DNA of 64,000 nucleotides from Selaginella moellendorffii (Eukaryota; Plantae; Lycopodiophyta): NCBI RefSeq assembly GCF_000143415.4, contig NW_003314282.1, positions 1,693,374 to 1,757,373 of the forward strand, read 5' to 3'. Shown piece by piece: positions 57,860 to 64,000 of this stretch (position 1 is its first letter; each line of letters starts with the position of its first letter). The notes under the pieces were generated by a model. It saw only the letters and a program-made list of their open reading frames with translations, ran no database searches and was not told where the DNA came from. The position numbers and the translations under genes were made by a program.

Positions 57860-60226
57860 ATGATGGTAGAGAGGCTGTTATGCGCCATAGGGTTCTTGAC
57901 GCTGTTGGCTACCGCCCAGATCACGAGGTACAATGCTAGCTTGGGTAGTGTTTGGATCAATCAACCTGGAAATGGTAGCTTCGTCTACTTGAATCAGAGC
58001 GGCTCAACTGTAAGCTACATGCTCATCTTGGTTCGAGGGAACTTTGGGTGTGGTTTCTATGGGAACTCGAGCTCCTTCGTGTTTGGAGTGGTAATTTTTC
58101 GCGAGAGCTCGGCACAGGTAGTGTGGTCAGCCAATGGAAACAATCCGGTTGGAGAGAACAGCACGCTGACACTTAATGGAGATGGGGTGCTCATGATCCT
58201 GGACGAAACAGGAAGAATTGTGTGGAACACACCACCAAACTTACAGGTCCAGGCGATGGAGCTCCAAGCATCGGGCAACTTGGTGCTTCAGTCAAATAGC
58301 TCTTCCACTCTCTGGCAGAGTTTTGCATCTCCGGGGGATACTCTCGTCGAGGGACAGGCTTTAAGAGCAGGATGGAGGATGAGCTCTTTGGGTGACGATT
58401 ACTCGCTAGAGCTGACCAGGGAGGAGCTAAAGATGACACACAACAGTGTCAGATCTATTACATACTGGTCGAGGAATGCCTCGACTCTTGGCTCGTTCAT
58501 ACCTTACATGATCTACACAGGAGGGAGCATTCTCCTGTTTGTCACGAGGGGGTCAGACGAGAGCTTCGCAAGGAATGGCACTCTTAGCGACGAAGTCATC
58601 AGGATTCCATTCCCAACACGCCAGGAGCAGTCTTTGCGGTATCTCAGGCTCGACTCGGATGGAAACTTGAGGTTATATGAGCTCCTTGGCAACCAGTGGA
58701 CTGCAACTCGGTCACTTCTCAGCGAGGAAGAGTGCGAGCTTCCCAGCACTTGTGGGGATTACGCGTTCTGTACTAGAGGTGGGAACTGCCAGTGTTTGAA
58801 TCTTGCAGAAGAACTTAGGAGAGTGAATGCTCAGACATGCGAACTTCGCTCTCCATTTACTTGTGATGCCAACAACACGAATAGGAGTACCCGTCTTGTC
58901 GATGCAAGGCAAGACATAGCAGTTCCGGTTAGCTTGGCGACAACAGTACGATCGAATGTCTCGCGAGACATCTGCTTACAAAGCTGTGCTATGGAGTGCT
59001 CCTGCAAATTTGCACTCTATGCTTTTCAAGGAGGAGGGGACTGTTTAATACTCGACCATGCATCGGGTTTCAGAGAAGCATCAATAGCAAGCAACCGAAC
59101 TGTGTCGTTGAAGTTGTTCCTGAAAGTGGAGGACTCTGAAAAATCGAAACTCTCCAAGGTTCTACTCATCATTTTAGTGCCGGTTGGAGCTGCCTTGATT
59201 GCCATCGTCCTCGTTTCCCTCTACATTTACAACCAGAAAAGCAAGTCTCGAGCTTTGATGGAGCTTCAAGAGCTGGAAACCGGCCAACTCAAACGTTTTT
59301 CGTACAAGCAGCTGGAGCATGCCACGAACAACTTTGGCAAGAAACTCGGGCAAGGTGGATTCGGGTCGGTTTTCCTTGCAACGCTCAAAGATGGCTCCCA
59401 AGTCGCAGTGAAGCGCCTCGAGAGCTCGAGTCAGGGACAGAAGGAATTCAAGACGGAAGTGAACGTCATTAGCAGTATCCACCACTTCAATCTGGTCCGG
59501 CTCCGGGGATTCTGTGCCGAGAAACACCACAGGCTCCTGGTGTACGAGTACATGCCTCGACGTTCTTTAGACAAATGGCTCTTTCTTCGTGACTTCCCAA
59601 GCGATGGTGATCACGAGAAAGCTGGCGAAGCGCTCGACTGGAAGACAAGGTTGCGGATCGCTCTGGGAATTGCAAGAGGGCTCAAGTACCTGCATGAAGA
59701 CTGCAGCGAGCGGATCCTCCATCTGGACGTGAAGCCCCAGAACGTCTTGCTCGACAGCAACTTTGATGCCAAGCTCTGCGACTTTGGCATGTCCAAGCTC
59801 ATGAAGCGCAATGAGTCAGAGGTCTTCACGATGATGCGAGGAACTCGAGGCTACCTGGCTCCGGAGTGGCTCCAGTCCACCATCACCGAGCGAGTCGACG
59901 TCTACAGCTTTGGGATCGTGCTGCTCGAGATTGTGAGCGGGCAGAGGTGCCTGGGGAACTCGAGGGCCGAGACGAGCACGCAGTACTTCCCGAACTGGGC
60001 GAGCTCTCGCATCTGCCGGGGCCAGATCATGGAGATTGCCGACTCAAGCCTTCAGGGAGAGCTCCAGAGCGGGATGGTGGCCCTGTGGGAGCAAGTGGAG
60101 CTCGTCATCTACACGGCAATGTGGTGCATCCAAGAGGATTCAGCGCAGCGTCCGTCGATGGAAATGGCAATCCGGATGCTCGAGGGGCGAGTGAGCGTCT
60201 CAAAGCCTCCAAACTTTCTCCTTTGA
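57860..60226 (+). CDS. G-type lectin S-domain receptor-like kinase (SD2-like), non-RD, intronless
   Basis: Signal peptide, B-lectin (VWSAN.NNPV..LWQSF..PGDTL), LRLDSDGNL, EGF-like and PAN Cys patterns, a TM helix, and kinase GQGGFG/VAVKRL/HLDVKPQN/DFG/GTRGYLAPE. Confidence 0.95.
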   Translation: MMVERLLCAIGFLTLLATAQITRYNASLGSVWINQPGNGSFVYLNQSGSTVSYMLILVRGNFGCGFYGNSSSFVFGVVIFRESSAQVVWSANGNNPVGENSTLTLNGDGVLMILDETGRIVWNTPPNLQVQAMELQASGNLVLQSNSSSTLWQSFASPGDTLVEGQALRAGWRMSSLGDDYSLELTREELKMTHNSVRSITYWSRNASTLGSFIPYMIYTGGSILLFVTRGSDESFARNGTLSDEVIRIPFPTRQEQSLRYLRLDSDGNLRLYELLGNQWTATRSLLSEEECELPSTCGDYAFCTRGGNCQCLNLAEELRRVNAQTCELRSPFTCDANNTNRSTRLVDARQDIAVPVSLATTVRSNVSRDICLQSCAMECSCKFALYAFQGGGDCLILDHASGFREASIASNRTVSLKLFLKVEDSEKSKLSKVLLIILVPVGAALIAIVLVSLYIYNQKSKSRALMELQELETGQLKRFSYKQLEHATNNFGKKLGQGGFGSVFLATLKDGSQVAVKRLESSSQGQKEFKTEVNVISSIHHFNLVRLRGFCAEKHHRLLVYEYMPRRSLDKWLFLRDFPSDGDHEKAGEALDWKTRLRIALGIARGLKYLHEDCSERILHLDVKPQNVLLDSNFDAKLCDFGMSKLMKRNESEVFTMMRGTRGYLAPEWLQSTITERVDVYSFGIVLLEIVSGQRCLGNSRAETSTQYFPNWASSRICRGQIMEIADSSLQGELQSGMVALWEQVELVIYTAMWCIQEDSAQRPSMEMAIRMLEGRVSVSKPPNFLL

Positions 60227-60714
60227 AATCTTTCCACCACATGTTTTGGTTGTCACTCTTTGTTCGTAAGTTGTCATTTGGAGATGACAAGAGGCAAACA
60301 GCTTTGAAGGGGTTGATCTCATGAAGCTTCGTTAATCAGTACTGATATTCAAGCCCTCCTTGCAAATCCTGCCGGAAACAGTCCAGGTCTGCCAGGTTTG
60401 ATCAGGACCAATCTTGGTAGCATGCTCTGCTCTAACCCCGTCCGCTACATGAAGATTCATACTCAATCTTCTTCGTAGCGGGCTGGTCTTCTCCATCTGC
60501 TTGAACTTCTCCCGTGACGGGCCACCCAAAGTCTCAAACAAGTTGTCTTCTCTGAAAGGCCCGATGACTTTCTTACAACTCGAGGGCGGAAACTTCAATT
60601 TTTTTACCTTTTCTGCTGGCTTCTAGAGCGAGCGCTTTCCCTTGCTAGAATCCCTGAAGAGAAATATTTCGATAGAAAATGTGGAGAAACATACTTACAA
60701 GTTGAGGATAACGG

Positions 60715-61793
60715 TCAGTCATCGTCTTCTAGCTTTGCTCCTTTCCGTTTTGATCTGGAACAGACGTGAGTATAGATTGAGAATGGACGAGAGCGTACCT
60801 GGAAGATATGGGTGCAACCTTTCGTTTTGTTTTGGCCTTCGTGCGTTCTACCTCGCCTCCAGCTAAACAAGAAACAAAGAAAACAGTTTTAAAGGAGTAA
60901 AAAGCACACACTTACTAGCTTGATTTGTTCCAGAGCTAGACTGCGAGGCCATGGCGAGTTCCTTGGAGTTAGCCTTTTTCTTCTTTCCGCCGGGGTTCAT
61001 CTCATCAAGCTTCTCCTCCAGCATCGACGTTTTCAGCTGCGAAAGATCGTGCGAGAGATCATCCGGCGAGATGATAAGACTGTCTACCTTTTCAGCCTCT
61101 AGTTCCATCCGGCACCTTGCAGCCTCGGCCTTCTCTTAGAGAACAAAACACACAGTAAGCTTCCACTGGACGATGATAGACACGCAATTCACGAAGCAAG
61201 AAAAAAAGAAAAAAAGAGCTTTACCATTTGCTAGAGATTTGAGCAAGCTCCGCCAGCTGCTGCAAGCGTCCACGGCAATATCCGCCATGCGATCGCTGGC
61301 ATCGGTGGCTCTCACGAGTCCAATTGAGACACGAGGCATTCCTTTAGCTTTCAAAGCCACGATTCTCCCAGAAGTCGCCCCTGGAAACGAAGAAAAAAAT
61401 AAAGAGAGGACAAACTCTCGGCCAAGAACTTTACCACGACCAGCAAGCGCGGACGCGGGACCTCCCAAAACCAGAGTCACATTTCCGGACGAGAACGCGG
61501 CACCGATGTAGCTCACGAATTCACTCCACGCTCCACCGATCCCAACCTCGTCTCGCTAAAACACCAGGAGGCTGTAGAAGTCCGTCAGAAATGCTTACCA
61601 GGTCTTCCAGCTGCTGGATGCTTCGAGTGGCCTCCCAGGTATTGTCGTGGAAATCCGAGACGACGAAGTCGAGAGTGCGAGCGTCCCGCGCGCGCAGCCG
61701 AAAGGCGAGAGGGAGGAAGGCGGAGGATTCCCGACCCTCTACCTTGCCACTGGCGACGCCAAACACCGGCTCCAAGAGCTCCAAGTCCTCCAT
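60715..61793 (-). CDS. Plant PAXX-like (XRCC4 superfamily) protein, multi-exon
   Basis: LEPVFG..VSDFHDNTWEATRSIQQLEDL|RDEVGIGGAWSEFVSY..ALKAKGMPRVSI, a coiled coil, and the basic C-terminal motif SRSKRKGAKLEDDD*. Matches my recollection of the At5g64010 family. Confidence 0.65.
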
Positions 61794-62043
61794 CCCTCTC
61801 CAGCCCTAAATTTTCCTATTTGAAAGCTTAGGCCATGACTGTCTCTCTGTGCTTCGTTCGCCACACTCATTTAAGGTGGTGAGCCATGAACCAAGAACTC
61901 TTGCATTGTTAACCGAGCTCCATCAAATACATTAGATATCAAATTAATGCTTACAACAGCTGGCCAGAAATTATTTGAGAAAATATTATATACCACTGAA
62001 TTATTTTGAGTGAATTTGTAAGTTATTTATCATGTTATGTCTT

Positions 62044-64000
62044 TCACAGCGGAGGGGCTTCAAGACGCAAATAGTCGTACATAACCCCGTTAAATACACT
62101 GGCGTATTTTCTCTGTGTGAGGTAGATGATATTCTCTCCCTCCTTGAGGAGCTTCGACTCGACGTCGATGCTCCACATCGCGTACAAGCCGTGGATTCCA
62201 TGGCGAGCTATGGCATTGTCCTTGCCAAACTGGAGTGTATCAAAATGTGGAGTGTAAAGCGTTGGATCGTTCACCCGGACCTGCGACACCTCCACTGTGT
62301 TTAATAAAAAAGAAGTCAATATACTCGTGAAGAACCTGAAGAGCAGCGTTGGTTGCGGCTGCTATTGCTAGTTGTAGCGTGTAGGTTCCCACTAGAGAGA
62401 CCTTGTCAAGTTGGAACTTGATCTTCCAAGTTGATGCTTTCAAGTTTCCATCTTTCGACTTCCTGGATGGAAACACAAAAAGAAAAACCTTTGGTGCGAA
62501 AGAACATGTCCATAGAAACGAAAATTTACCAGCATCCCTGTAAGAAAAACCAGTCGGTTTGCCATTTGCTCTCGCCAACAGTGTATACAACCTCGGTCTC
62601 CGGGTAAAGCTCGAAGTATCTTTCCCACAATCCATACTGTCTAAACCTGTGTGTAGAGCAAAACAACAAATGATCAAAAAAAAGAATTGCGTAGAGACGC
62701 ATGCCTGTCAGCTGTGATGTTCACAAAAGCTCTGTTGACGAAGCCCGGATCAGGATCCGGTATGTAAAACTCAGCAGCCGATCTATCAGGAACTCCAATC
62801 TCCCAAATTGTAGGACCGTTCCTTGGAGGATTGAAGACAAGTTCTCCAAGCTCCAAGGAAGAACCTGCGAGATTCATTATTCCTGCCTGTTACAAGAAAC
62901 AACACAATATCTTTTTACCTTCCTGCACTGTAATGTCGGCTTCCATTTTGTAATCGCCCAGAACACCAGGAACGTAGCCAAAGAGGTTGTAAGTCCCGGG
63001 AATAACATTATGGATCATAAAACTGCCACTGGCATCTGCTTCGGCCCAGAATTGATACCCCTGTGCATTCCAACGAACATTAAAGTTTTAGAGAGCAAAT
63101 CTACTGTTAAATACCTTGCTTTCGGTTTGCCATGATCCAGCAATCCCCGGTTTAGCGAGACCAATCCACGCAAACGACGCTGGAACTTGAGGGTCTGCGT
63201 ACCTGCAGTGTAAGTAAAGAGAGCCTGTTAAGAAAGACACACCATGTATAAAAGGCAATACTTGTCATAAACTAGCAGTCGTCCAGAAACAGAGCCACGC
63301 TCATCATCCTTCACGTAATCTGGTGAGGCAGGCCAGCTATATGGCCAGGAATGAACCTCCACAAGCATCTGAAACAAAAGAGAATGAATAAAACTTCAGA
63401 AAAAATTCTTACGTTTGATACCTGCTGCTTTGCATCGTCCCACAGATAACGAGGGTCCAAGTTCGCTTGAGCTGAATTCAAGTAGATGAAAACCGGTCCA
63501 AATACTTTCAGCCAAGGCTCTCCATCTCGAAAAGAAGGACACAATGCTTCCCCTGCGTAGTGAGCGCTGTGAAACATCTAGCAGGCAAACACTCGTCGTG
63601 AGAAGCAAAAACTTTCTGATAGGATCGAGAAAGAGCTCACTTACAGAAAGAGCAGTGGGTCCTGCATGCGAGCGCAAGTTTTGCTTCAGCGGGCCACCAT
63701 TTCGAAACTCGTCACTGGCTGTGATGATCCAAAAACCAACGAGTGGATTCGTAGAAACCCAGCCATGCACCACATTGTCCTTGTTTTCAGCAGAGTACTG
63801 ATACTTGTCATCCACCTGCGAAGGTAAGCAAATCAGTCTTAGCTTCTGAAAAGCAGAGCACCATAGTTACAAACCTCTCCCTTGAGCGCCGAATTATGCG
63901 GGTCTTCCAGGATCACAGCTTCAGGATAGGCGAGTGCTTTGCTACGTTCAGGTGATCGGTCACTAGATGTTGGCATTTGTCGGAACACAGTGTCGGAAAC
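62044..64000 (-). CDS. Rhamnogalacturonan lyase (PL4), second paralog; 5' part beyond the window
   Basis: VDDKYQYSAEN, GGPLKQNLRSHAGP, PPRNGPTIWEIGVPDRSAAEF, FGKDNAIARHGIHG, YDYLRLEAP. Confidence 0.92.

Noticed and set aside
60332-60660. ORF 60332-60598 (-) as a separate gene
   Set aside because: No recognisable homology. It lies just downstream of the PAXX-like stop and is probably UTR or an alternative exon.
1-64000. CRISPR array, rRNA or prokaryotic operon
   Set aside because: No regularly spaced repeat-spacer array or rRNA sequence; the genes are spliceosomal-intron-containing plant genes.

Overview
Eukaryotic plant nuclear DNA: gene-dense, with very short (~45-70 bp) introns and short-repeat PPR genes. 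This is most consistent with a compact lycophyte genome such as Selaginella (inference). 1-7 kb is a CpG-decayed Ty3/Gypsy relic. 7.8-23.2 kb is a tandem array of about six copies of a three-gene module: a secreted 'unknown domain + bulb-type lectin' gene (-), a DNA-3-methyladenine glycosylase MAG (-) and a KP4 killer-toxin-like secreted peptide (+). Different copies kept different genes: 1 intact MAG, 3 intact KP4-like genes and 1 nearly intact lectin fusion, plus a captured PPR gene. The central region is conventional: gamma-type RDR, GH28 polygalacturonase, ERCC1, class II TCP, methyltransferase, VPS3, a coiled-coil gene, a SPOROCYTELESS/TIE-like EAR repressor, a PPR, tRNA-Ala(CGC) and a rhamnogalacturonan lyase. 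50.9-60.2 kb looks like a second accessory/defence island: an intact, very AT-rich homolog of the lectin fusion, a Crinkler-like REase+kinase tandem array and a non-RD G-type lectin receptor kinase. A PAXX-like gene and a second RG lyase follow. The best candidate for an undescribed system is the KP4 / lectin-fusion / MAG module and its lectin-fusion protein family. Exon boundaries and relic coordinates were read by eye and are approximate.
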